Assembly: GCA_965233585.1 (NCBI GenBank)
Contig: CBDDTI010000747.1
Coordinates: forward strand, 672,001-736,000
DNA length: 64,000 nt
Direction of reading: 5' to 3'
From: a bacterium
GTDB lineage: Bacteria; SAR324; NAC60-12
A program made the position numbers and the translations under genes. The notes beneath the pieces were generated by a model that did no database searches, was not told the DNA's origin, and worked only from the letters and a program-made list of their open reading frames with translations. Shown piece after piece: positions 9,027 through 17,470 of this stretch (its first letter is position 1; the number at the start of each line of letters is the position of its first letter).

Positions 9027-9713
9027 ATGATGATTCCTGCAATTCAATTCGTCAAAAATTATCTTTCACTTCCTTTCAAAGGATTGCCCCAAGCATGTAG
9101 TTCGGCCTACTTAGAAATTTCTGAATTTCTTCTTGATGTCCCTCTTCATCTTATCAAAAGGCTGATACGGCTGACGCTTTTATTCCTTGTTGTTACTTTT
9201 TCTTGGATTCCAAACAGTTTTGGAGAACCCGCAGTTACTGGAATTGGATTAGGTACGACCTACGGTGGTACCTATGGAATTTTGGTGGCGGGTCCTTTGG
9301 GCAATTTAGAAGGACAGATTGTAGGTTTTGGTTTGGGACGGGTTGAATACCCAACAAAAGTTGAAGGAGAAGATAGCTCAGGTGAATTTGGATTAAGTGG
9401 GATGTGGGGTAAGTATTTTGAAGGACTTCCCAAATCTTACTATGGAGTTTCCGTGGGACCTGTTGCGTCTTATGCAGAAAATAAATGTACAAGATCTAGT
9501 AGCAGGTATAAGTGTAAGGGAAAGGGAGGTGTTTTATATGGTCTTAATTTAATCGTAGGAGGTTCCATCTGGGAGGATTTAAAAGGGTTTTACAGTGACC
9601 TTGGCGTTACAATCTGGTCTCAATCAGTTGAGTTTGAGATTTTTGGAAAGAAGTATAAGCGTGATGCTGTTGGTCGTTTAGTCTTTAGCATTGGATGGAA
9701 CTTAGAGAATTAA
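9027..9713 (+). CDS. hypothetical exported protein, probable small outer-membrane beta-barrel
   Basis: Gly/aromatic alternating strands and C-terminal LVFSIGWNLEN. The hydrophobic signal segment sits near aa 45-66, so the start is uncertain. Confidence 0.55.
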   Translation: MMIPAIQFVKNYLSLPFKGLPQACSSAYLEISEFLLDVPLHLIKRLIRLTLLFLVVTFSWIPNSFGEPAVTGIGLGTTYGGTYGILVAGPLGNLEGQIVGFGLGRVEYPTKVEGEDSSGEFGLSGMWGKYFEGLPKSYYGVSVGPVASYAENKCTRSSSRYKCKGKGGVLYGLNLIVGGSIWEDLKGFYSDLGVTIWSQSVEFEIFGKKYKRDAVGRLVFSIGWNLEN

Positions 9714-9838
9714 GTCACATATGTAGGTAAAAGTCTCATTGAAAAAAAGGAGGTGTCTCATGGTCTGAATTTACTCGTAAATGACTCATATCTCATAAAT
9801 TTAAATATTTTTAACTCTAAACTTAAAATAGGTTCACA

Positions 9839-10375
9839 ATGAAAATTTTAACATACATTAAAAATAACGCTGAGAGTTTAATGAACTCTTTTGGATTGTT
9901 TGGCTTCTTCCAAGGTTTTTTGAAAGGAACAAAAAAACTTGTTAGATCATTTTTGACCTTAGCTTTAGGAATGACCCTTATCTTTGTTCTAGCTGGGTGC
10001 GCTAAAGATGATGATGATTCTTCTGGTAGTGATGATGATGATCCTCATTTCAATGATCCTTATTTCAATAATCATTATGATGATGATAGTGATAGCCAAG
10101 TAACAATTTTAACCTTAAAAAATGAAACTAGTCAGCCCTTTGGTAAATTTTATATTTCTCCTAGCAGTTCTGATGATTGGGGAGACGATATGCTTCCAAA
10201 GACTTTGTGGCCAGGAGAGAAGTATAAATTTACTATTTCTGATTGTAATAAGGAATACGATTATAAATCAGTAGATTTTAAAGGTCGGGTGAGCATTATG
10301 AGAAGAGATTACGTGAAATGTGGTGAAGATTTTATTTTAAGAGTCCTTAGATTCAGAGACCGAGATGAATCTTAA
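9839..10375 (+). CDS. hypothetical lipoprotein with Asp-rich linker
   Basis: Lipobox LAGC followed by DDDDSSGSDDDD and a small beta domain (YISPSSSDDWGDDML). Start uncertain. Confidence 0.65.
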   Translation: MKILTYIKNNAESLMNSFGLFGFFQGFLKGTKKLVRSFLTLALGMTLIFVLAGCAKDDDDSSGSDDDDPHFNDPYFNNHYDDDSDSQVTILTLKNETSQPFGKFYISPSSSDDWGDDMLPKTLWPGEKYKFTISDCNKEYDYKSVDFKGRVSIMRRDYVKCGEDFILRVLRFRDRDES

Positions 10376-10516
10376 TCTCCTTAGATCTTTTAGTAATTAG
10401 ACTTCTTTAAGCTCTACAAAAATAAACACTCATTTAGGTAGATGATTTTTTTTGGAGTCACTGATTAGGGTTTTATCTAAACCCCCCAGCTTATCCAAGT
10501 AGTTTCCATCAAAGCA

Positions 10517-10568
10517 ACCTGACTGACACGCCCCCACAAAGAATGAACCACTTTCTGGTCAGTCAGGT
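10517..10568. repeat. 11-bp perfect inverted repeat with a 30-nt loop
   Basis: ACCTGACTGAC (10517-10527) and GTCAGTCAGGT (10558-10568) in intergenic DNA. Confidence 0.6.
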
Positions 10569-10868
10569 CTATCCCAATAGCCCTCTTTCAATTTCTAAAT
10601 CTCTTTTCTTTTTCTACTTTCCCATTTTTTTAAAATGGAGAAGTTCATCAAATGCCTTAATGACTAAAGGTTGATGATTCTATTCTGTTTGAAGACAGAT
10701 ATTAGCTTCATCTGTAAAGCCCTTTGTCCTTTCAAAAATTTTCTTTCTTTATTTTATTGATTGAATGCAGAATCTTCACAACGCAGGTGGTCTCTGAGCA
10801 GTTTTGACGTTCTTTGGCAATTTTTTAAAAAAGAGACTGCTTGAGTTAGGACTAGTTGATTCAGAAAG

Positions 10869-10884
10869 TGGTATGTTCTTTGCA
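10869..10884 (+). promoter_or_regulatory. putative sigma54 (-24/-12) promoter of the 10931-18102 operon
   Basis: TGGTATGTTCTTTGCA has GG-N10-GC spacing and is close to TGGCACG-N4-TTGCW. It lies 46 nt upstream of the ATG. Confidence 0.6.
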
Positions 10885-10930
10885 AAAGGTATCGTGTCAG
10901 TCAGAACGATGTTAAAATAGGATTGAATCT

Positions 10931-12022
10931 ATGAAAAGGCAATTTTTAGTTATTGGTTTACTTGTTTGGTCAACGATTCTCTTTGCTCAGGAGCAAGAAG
11001 AGGTCATTCCTGACTCAGAGACAGAGAACTCTTCAGAAGAAGGTTGGAAGAGCAAGTGGAATGACCCCCGTATGAGACAACTTGAAGAGATTTCAGGAAA
11101 GCTGGAGACTTTAATGAACAAGCAAGTCAATGTGTCTTCTGCCGCAGTTTACGAGGTGCGTTTTTCCCCACAGATTGACAAGAATTTTAGGCAAGCGGCA
11201 TTGAGCAAGATGTATCAAGTCTTTAGCCGTGTTCCAGATTTTTATGCCGCACGTTGTGATGAATGCTTTCAAATCCGTACTAAAGTGTCAGGTAACACTT
11301 TGCGTGTAAGTCGTGGGATTGCAGACCCTGAACATCGGCGTAAAATTGCAAGACGTATGAACACAGAAGGATTTATGAAGATCATCATCTCCCAAGTAGA
11401 TCAACAACTTTCTGTTGCCATTGAAATTTACGGGGCAAAGAATGGACAGCTTCTTTTTAGTGAAGTGGTGGCAGGAACGCCTCCCATTCCTGAACCCAAT
11501 GCCTTTGATTTGTATGTAGGTCAAATGAGGTTTGACGTTGCCTTTGAGTCTGAGTCTGCAGATTTTTCCGAAACACAAACCTATCAGCTACCAACTTTGA
11601 CGTTTGGAAAGTCTTATCAAATTCTGGAACATTGGTATTTTACAGGAGACATTAGCATTTTGGCGGATATAAGTCAGAAAGAAGAAGATGCACCGGAGGT
11701 CACTGGGGGCTTTTCAGGACTTGCCTTTTATGGAAGAAGTATTTACGACTTTATCAATATTGGTGTCAATGACAATGTCAGTTTTGGACTCATTACAGGG
11801 ATTGGGCAATGGCTTTCTCCACAGCTCAAATTCCCTGTTTTGTATGCTGTGGGGTTGCGTATGATGATGGGCAGGACTTTCTTGTTTAACTTTGAATACA
11901 TTTCTACTGAAATTAAAGAGGTTCAAGCCACATACACCGACCCAGAAACAGAAGAAGAAGTGGAAGACATGAAAGCATCTGTCAATTCCGCAACCAGTGT
12001 CTCTTTAGGAATCCGTTTTTAG
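10931..12022 (+). CDS. exported protein with predicted C-terminal outer-membrane beta-barrel
   Basis: Signal peptide (MKRQFLVIGLLVWSTILFAQ), CxxC (RCDEC), amphipathic beta strands and a terminal beta-signal-like SVSLGIRF. Confidence 0.65.
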   Translation: MKRQFLVIGLLVWSTILFAQEQEEVIPDSETENSSEEGWKSKWNDPRMRQLEEISGKLETLMNKQVNVSSAAVYEVRFSPQIDKNFRQAALSKMYQVFSRVPDFYAARCDECFQIRTKVSGNTLRVSRGIADPEHRRKIARRMNTEGFMKIIISQVDQQLSVAIEIYGAKNGQLLFSEVVAGTPPIPEPNAFDLYVGQMRFDVAFESESADFSETQTYQLPTLTFGKSYQILEHWYFTGDISILADISQKEEDAPEVTGGFSGLAFYGRSIYDFINIGVNDNVSFGLITGIGQWLSPQLKFPVLYAVGLRMMMGRTFLFNFEYISTEIKEVQATYTDPETEEEVEDMKASVNSATSVSLGIRF

Positions 12023-12025
12023 GAA

Positions 12026-13636
12026 ATGATCATGAACTTACAAACTCAATTTTCAGTTGCTCTTTTGACTAGCCTTGCACTTGGGGCGTGTTCTTCAAAA
12101 AGTGATATTGAAGTAGAACAGAATCCAAATACTTCTCGTGTGATCTATACGCATACAAGAAAAAATGAAGTGGTTACAGTGACGGAAGAAAAAACCAAAG
12201 ATGAACATTTGATTCGTGTCAATATAGAACGTGATGGTGAGGTTTCAGAGGCAGTGCATCAAATCCAAGAGCATAATTTTGTCTTTGAAGTGCCACTGAG
12301 AGAAGCCCCTGCTGGAGTATTGGCAAGGAAAGTTGCAGACTATGAAGCCTACATTCAAAAAATCTTTTATGAAGAGATTGCCCAGCACATCTCCACTCAA
12401 CGTTTCACAACGACTGTCAGGGTGTCATGGGATGCGGGTCAGCTAGATACGTTGGATTCTAACTATGACGACCTCAAAACGGACACCTCACAAGTAGATG
12501 TCAGACTAGGCAGTGCCATTTCAAAACTTGATGTGTCAGTCTTGATAGATCAAGGGTTGCCCTCTCGCTATGATGAATTTGTCAAACAACTGATTTTGGC
12601 ACAATATTTTTTCCGTCCTACCAGAGGAGATGCTTTTGAAGTCAGACGTGCCGTGTTTCCTGCCCAAGACTTTTTAGGCAATGACTTTCAATCACGGCTT
12701 TTGACTTATGAATCAGAGGTTCGTCAAAGGTTTGACCAAACTTTAAATCAACACATTGACCCAGAAAATTTTGAAGTTTCATCAAGAATTTTTTGGAATC
12801 AACAAAAACTAGAAGACCTCAAGTTCCAATATCAAAAAGACTCTGGACAACGTCAATCTTCGCAAGATGTTCAATTTGTGACGGCTGTTGACAAACTGCA
12901 AGTAGCAGTCTTATTGGATAGGAATTTATCCAAAGAAAATGATGAATTTGTCAAGTCTCTTGTCTCTGCGCAAGCAGATTTTCAGCAGGACAGAGGAGAT
13001 GAGGTCAAGGTGCAACGAATCATCTTTCCTGCCAAAGGTTCTGTTGGTGTGACGCATAGTGAGAAGTTGGAGAAAACCTTGCGAGACCTCTTGACCAGCT
13101 ACATTGCACCTAAAAACTTTTTTGTTAAAGTTCAACTCTTACCCCCGAAAGAAGCAGACCAAGCAGGCAGGGCGCCTATCCATGTTGGAGTGGTTTTGAA
13201 TGACTTGCTTGACCCAAAAATTGATGACTTTGTCAGGCAAATCATTCCTTTTACTTTGAATACTGATGAAGAATACGGAGACGTCATAGAGGTGACTCGC
13301 AAACGATTCCCCGAAAATCCTGAAATCTCTCAACAAACCGCAGTTTCCAGCCCTAGCACCAATGACGTTGCTCAAACCCAAGAGGTTCAAGACATCTTTG
13401 AACAAATCAGGATTTATTATGAACAAATGGATTATGACAATGCTTTGGAATTGACTCAAAGGGCATTGATTATCGCATCTGACCGTGAGCAAAAAGTGAA
13501 ACTGCTCAAGATGAAGGGGTCTTTGCATTACTTGTTGCAAGAGCCTGAAAATGCACGCAGGGCGTGGAATGAAGTGTTACGGATTGAACCCAGCGATGAG
13601 GAAGCTAAACAATCTTTAAACATGATTGACTCATGA
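12026..13636 (+). CDS. lipoprotein with three FliF C-terminal (RBM3)-like repeats and a C-terminal TPR
   Basis: Lipobox LGAC-S. Repeats end in TRGDAFEVRRAVFP, DRGDEVKVQRIIFP and EYGDVIEVTRKRFP, each preceded by a KLxVxVL(I/L)D-like strand. TPR helices at the C-terminus. Confidence 0.7.
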   Translation: MIMNLQTQFSVALLTSLALGACSSKSDIEVEQNPNTSRVIYTHTRKNEVVTVTEEKTKDEHLIRVNIERDGEVSEAVHQIQEHNFVFEVPLREAPAGVLARKVADYEAYIQKIFYEEIAQHISTQRFTTTVRVSWDAGQLDTLDSNYDDLKTDTSQVDVRLGSAISKLDVSVLIDQGLPSRYDEFVKQLILAQYFFRPTRGDAFEVRRAVFPAQDFLGNDFQSRLLTYESEVRQRFDQTLNQHIDPENFEVSSRIFWNQQKLEDLKFQYQKDSGQRQSSQDVQFVTAVDKLQVAVLLDRNLSKENDEFVKSLVSAQADFQQDRGDEVKVQRIIFPAKGSVGVTHSEKLEKTLRDLLTSYIAPKNFFVKVQLLPPKEADQAGRAPIHVGVVLNDLLDPKIDDFVRQIIPFTLNTDEEYGDVIEVTRKRFPENPEISQQTAVSSPSTNDVAQTQEVQDIFEQIRIYYEQMDYDNALELTQRALIIASDREQKVKLLKMKGSLHYLLQEPENARRAWNEVLRIEPSDEEAKQSLNMIDS

Positions 13637-14703
13637 AATATCTGATTTTTATTATTCTTTTACTGACTGCACCAGTCATGCTTTTGGCTCAACAAGAAGT
13701 CAGAGACCAAGCTGATGACATCTTTCAGCAACTGATGGGACAAGATGCTCCATCAAGAGAAGAAGGAGAGGCTGAACCGACTCAAACGGCTGAAGCACCA
13801 CAGGTGGAAGCAGAAGCAGAGCCTGAAAACTCTCAACAACCTGCTAACTCTGAAAATGAAGTCACACAAGAGCAAGACTCTATCACGCCTTTGCAACTGC
13901 AAGAGATGTTGCGAGCATCTATCAAACAAGAAATCAAAATTCCTGATGAGGCTCAACGTCAGTTTAATGACAAACAGCTTAGTCAAAAAGTGAAAGAGTT
14001 CTTAAAACTTTCATTGTCTGAAAGACTCATAGATGTCGTGGTGGACACTCGTTACATTGTGCAGTTAGTTCCCATTGTGAAAAAAAGTAGTCAACTTCAA
14101 AAAATCAAATTGCCCGGTTTTGAAAACTACGTTTGGACTCCTGCATTTAAAAATCATAACTTATCGTTTTCTTATCAAACCAGACCTTACCGTACTTATT
14201 TTATTCTTCTCAATGGTCCAAAGACCCTTGTCAACTACGATTTGGTTCAAAAACGCATTGTTGAAATAGACCCTACTACCGATTGGGAAAATCGGGATTT
14301 GCTGAGAGTGATCAATGTTTCTTACGAGACACCTGAATCTTCCCCTTTGCAGATTGCTCAACAAAAACAGACTCAACAAGAAGAAATTCCCCAAATAGAA
14401 CCCAAAGAGGCAGTGCCAGCACCCCTTTCTTTGGAAGAACAGTTGGAACAGGAGAAGCAGTTTAGTAAACACTTGCTTTCTGCAAGAGATGAGTTTTTTA
14501 AGGACAATTTAGATGCGGCATTGGATAACCTGATTGAAGCCATCAAGTTTAATCCTAAATCTGCTCAAGCCTACGAGATGCTTGGCTCTGTTTACTATCG
14601 TTTGGATTGGAAGGAGAAGGCATTGCATTACTGGGGAAAGTCATTGGAACTTTACCCAGATAATAAGACTTTACAAAGATATTATGACAATTTGAGACAA
14701 TGA
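13633..14703 (+). CDS. exported protein with a divergent FliF-like ring domain and C-terminal TPR
   Basis: Signal peptide, Q/E-rich linker, LSQKVKEFLKLSL...VVVDTRY...KLPGF segment and a clear TPR (AIKFNPKSAQAYEMLGSVYY). Confidence 0.65.
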   Translation: MKYLIFIILLLTAPVMLLAQQEVRDQADDIFQQLMGQDAPSREEGEAEPTQTAEAPQVEAEAEPENSQQPANSENEVTQEQDSITPLQLQEMLRASIKQEIKIPDEAQRQFNDKQLSQKVKEFLKLSLSERLIDVVVDTRYIVQLVPIVKKSSQLQKIKLPGFENYVWTPAFKNHNLSFSYQTRPYRTYFILLNGPKTLVNYDLVQKRIVEIDPTTDWENRDLLRVINVSYETPESSPLQIAQQKQTQQEEIPQIEPKEAVPAPLSLEEQLEQEKQFSKHLLSARDEFFKDNLDAALDNLIEAIKFNPKSAQAYEMLGSVYYRLDWKEKALHYWGKSLELYPDNKTLQRYYDNLRQ

Positions 14704-16499
14704 AATGGTCAGCTATGAAACTGTGGCAACTTCTGCTTGCATTTTTGTTGGCATCGTCTGTTTTTGCACAAGAACGAGTGCCTTCTTTGCAACAGTATGA
14801 ATTAGGGCTTGAAAGTAAGATTCGCAGAAATTTAGAACACTACTTACAACCTAAAGACTATGTGTTGCGTGTGTCAGCACTAGGCAGTCCTTATGTTGCC
14901 CAAGAGATTTCTCCAACAACTCAAGTTGCTCAACCTGTTGAAAGTTTGCCCGGATTTTCTGCAGACCCTCCAGAAACACCAGTTGTTCAACAGATTCCTA
15001 AATCAAACACTCCAACACTTTGGGAGGTCTCCAGAGTTCAAATAGACCTTATCATGCACAAAGAGATTTCCTCTTCTTTGCAAGAATATCTGTTAAGGTC
15101 TGTTCCTTTGATTGCTGGATTGATTCCAGAGCGAGGCGATGCTTTTAATTTCCTACCAATCACCCCCAATGAAGTCATTAAACTTGAACCAGAAGAAGAA
15201 GCACCTGTTGAACCCTTAGAAAATTTGGAAGAAGAGCCACTTGTTGAACCTTTGACATGGTATGAACAACTTCATCAACAATATGGCATTTGGACTTGGG
15301 TTGCTTTGGGTGTAGTCGTATTCTTGTTTTTATTGCTTCTCATTTTATTGTTCAGACGTCCTAAAAAAATGGTTGAACAACCTGTGCAACAAGCAACACC
15401 TGATTTGAAACAACAGTTTGAACAAGAAAAACAAGAGGTTGAAAAGGAACGCACCAAAAAGATGCAAGACTTCTTTGCCCAAGAAGAACAAACCAAACTT
15501 GTTCAAGAGATTGTCAAAGAATTGATAGGACATGAAGATTGGAAAACAGAGCTTGTCCATGAATGGAGTAAAGGACGTAAAGACAAACTTCCTTTGCTGA
15601 TTTGTGCTTTGGGAACATTCACCTCAAGAAGTCTCTTTGCTAAGGTTCTGGGGTCATCTGTGTATGGAAAACTGGAACGAACCGCCAACGATTTGTCTCC
15701 TCAAGATTCAGAAATCGCTGACATTCTCAAAGAATCCTATGACTTCATCAAAGCCAAAAGTATTGACACCCCTCAAAAATATCAAAATGACCCGTTCCGT
15801 TTTTTAGATGAGTTAAGTCCTTCACAAGTCAGTTTTTTGGTGAAAGATGAACCCATCAGAATCAAAGCGATTGTGTTAAGCCGTCTGAACAGTGAGGGTG
15901 TCTCGCAGATTCTCAAAAAAATGCCTCCAGATGAACAATCGCAAGTTTTGATTACGATAGGCAATTTACATGAATTGCCCCTTGACCTGATTGAAGGGGT
16001 GGCAATGGAGTTAACCTCTAAATTGCCTGACTTGCCTGACGAAAACACAGCCTCTTTTGATGGGGTGGACATGTTGGCAGACCTCATCACTTTTGCTGAC
16101 AATCAAACAAGAAGGGACATTTTGAAACAGCTTAAACTCAATGACCAAAAGCTAAGTCTGAAAGTAGAAGAGCGAAGTTTTGTTTTTGAATCTATCCCTT
16201 TGATTCCCAAAGAAGTTTTAACAGAAGCGGTAAGACGCATGAACTCTGATGATGTTTTGACAGCATTTGTTGGGGCAGATCGTGAAATCCAGAAAGCAGT
16301 CATCTTGTGTTTTAATGAGACAGTGCGTGGCAATATGGTCTCTCAACTCAAAGCCAAGTCTCCAACTGCTGGTGAGATTGATGATAAGAAACGATTGTTT
16401 GTGGCACAAATCAGACAACTAGCAGACGAAGGAAAGATTGCCCTCAAAGACCTTTATCTGAACTGGCAAAAACGAAGCAGAAAAGCAAGAGTCGCCTGA
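14700..16499 (+). CDS. fusion: FliF-like periplasmic ring domain, TM helix, FliG middle and C-terminal domains
   Basis: YELGLESKIRRNL...GLIPERGDAFNF (FliF-like), then TM WVALGVVVFLFLLLLILLFRR, then DPFRFLDELSPSQVSFLVKDEPIRIKAIVLSRL (FliG-M) and SFVFESI...IRQLADEGKI (FliG-C). Confidence 0.8.
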   Translation: MKWSAMKLWQLLLAFLLASSVFAQERVPSLQQYELGLESKIRRNLEHYLQPKDYVLRVSALGSPYVAQEISPTTQVAQPVESLPGFSADPPETPVVQQIPKSNTPTLWEVSRVQIDLIMHKEISSSLQEYLLRSVPLIAGLIPERGDAFNFLPITPNEVIKLEPEEEAPVEPLENLEEEPLVEPLTWYEQLHQQYGIWTWVALGVVVFLFLLLLILLFRRPKKMVEQPVQQATPDLKQQFEQEKQEVEKERTKKMQDFFAQEEQTKLVQEIVKELIGHEDWKTELVHEWSKGRKDKLPLLICALGTFTSRSLFAKVLGSSVYGKLERTANDLSPQDSEIADILKESYDFIKAKSIDTPQKYQNDPFRFLDELSPSQVSFLVKDEPIRIKAIVLSRLNSEGVSQILKKMPPDEQSQVLITIGNLHELPLDLIEGVAMELTSKLPDLPDENTASFDGVDMLADLITFADNQTRRDILKQLKLNDQKLSLKVEERSFVFESIPLIPKEVLTEAVRRMNSDDVLTAFVGADREIQKAVILCFNETVRGNMVSQLKAKSPTAGEIDDKKRLFVAQIRQLADEGKIALKDLYLNWQKRSRKARVA

Positions 16500-17470
16500 T
16501 GCTAGAAAGAATCATCACCTTCTTTGGAATTATCATAGGAATTGGATTAATTGGCTTTGGGATTGTTTGGCCTGATAAATATTCTAATGCCTATCTTTAC
16601 AACATTGCACTGATGGAAGCAGACATCAAAGCGATGCAAGAGGCACGGACTCCTTTTGCACAAGTGCAGGCTAAAAGGAGGGAATTGGAAACCTACCGCG
16701 AATCTATTCCTGCCAATGTGGCTCGCTTTCTTGATTTGAAATCTTTTGTCATTGTGTTTGGTGGGTCTTTTGCCGCCTTGCTCATTGCTTTCCCTGCCAG
16801 AAAATCACTGCGGGCATTTTTGTTCATCTCCTCTGCTTTTTTTGGCAAAGACAAGCAAGGGTCAGAATTTGCAGAATACTACAGCACCTTTGTCAAATTT
16901 TCTGAAAAACTCTCTGCACGGGAACTCATCACCGACGAAGACTTTGCATCAATTGAAGACAAAAGACTTCGGGAATGGTTAGAGTACTTCACTGCATCAG
17001 ATTCTGTGCCTGAGGAGATGATTCAAGAAATTATTCGCTCTGAAATTGCCGCCGTAGAACGTACATCAGAAGAAGAGGCAGAACTCCTTGACTTTATGTC
17101 TAAGGTTGCACCTGCATTTGGCATGATTGGAACGGTCATTGGTTTGATTTTGATGCTCGGCAATGTGAATGCAGATGACATTGATATTTTTAAAATCATT
17201 GGTGCAATGGGAGTCGCTATGATTACAACACTTTATGGGGTGGCAGTAGCAAATCTTATCTTCACTCCGATTGCTACCAAACGAAGAAGCCTGATGTATT
17301 CAGAATTGTATCTGATGGAAATGGCAAGAGAGGGAATCCTTTATCTCAAAAACAAACAAACTCCAGAACTTGTCTCAAGAGACCTTATTATTTATTTGCC
17401 AGATAGGATTAGACAACGAATTGAGCAAGAGAAGTTAGAAAAACTCAAATCAGGTGATTTAGGTCTATGA
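16499..17470 (+). CDS. motA: MotA/PomA-like stator A subunit with a periplasmic insertion
   Basis: FLDLKSFVIVFGGSFAALLIAFP, APAFGMIGTVIGLILML and AMITTLYGVAVANLIFTPIATK motifs. Confidence 0.85.
   Translation: MLERIITFFGIIIGIGLIGFGIVWPDKYSNAYLYNIALMEADIKAMQEARTPFAQVQAKRRELETYRESIPANVARFLDLKSFVIVFGGSFAALLIAFPARKSLRAFLFISSAFFGKDKQGSEFAEYYSTFVKFSEKLSARELITDEDFASIEDKRLREWLEYFTASDSVPEEMIQEIIRSEIAAVERTSEEEAELLDFMSKVAPAFGMIGTVIGLILMLGNVNADDIDIFKIIGAMGVAMITTLYGVAVANLIFTPIATKRRSLMYSELYLMEMAREGILYLKNKQTPELVSRDLIIYLPDRIRQRIEQEKLEKLKSGDLGL

Noticed and set aside
9725..9738. 14-mer AGGTAAAAGTCTCA repeated at 59970-59983
   Set aside because: A single 14-bp match in 64 kb of AT-rich DNA is expected by chance and the flanks do not extend.
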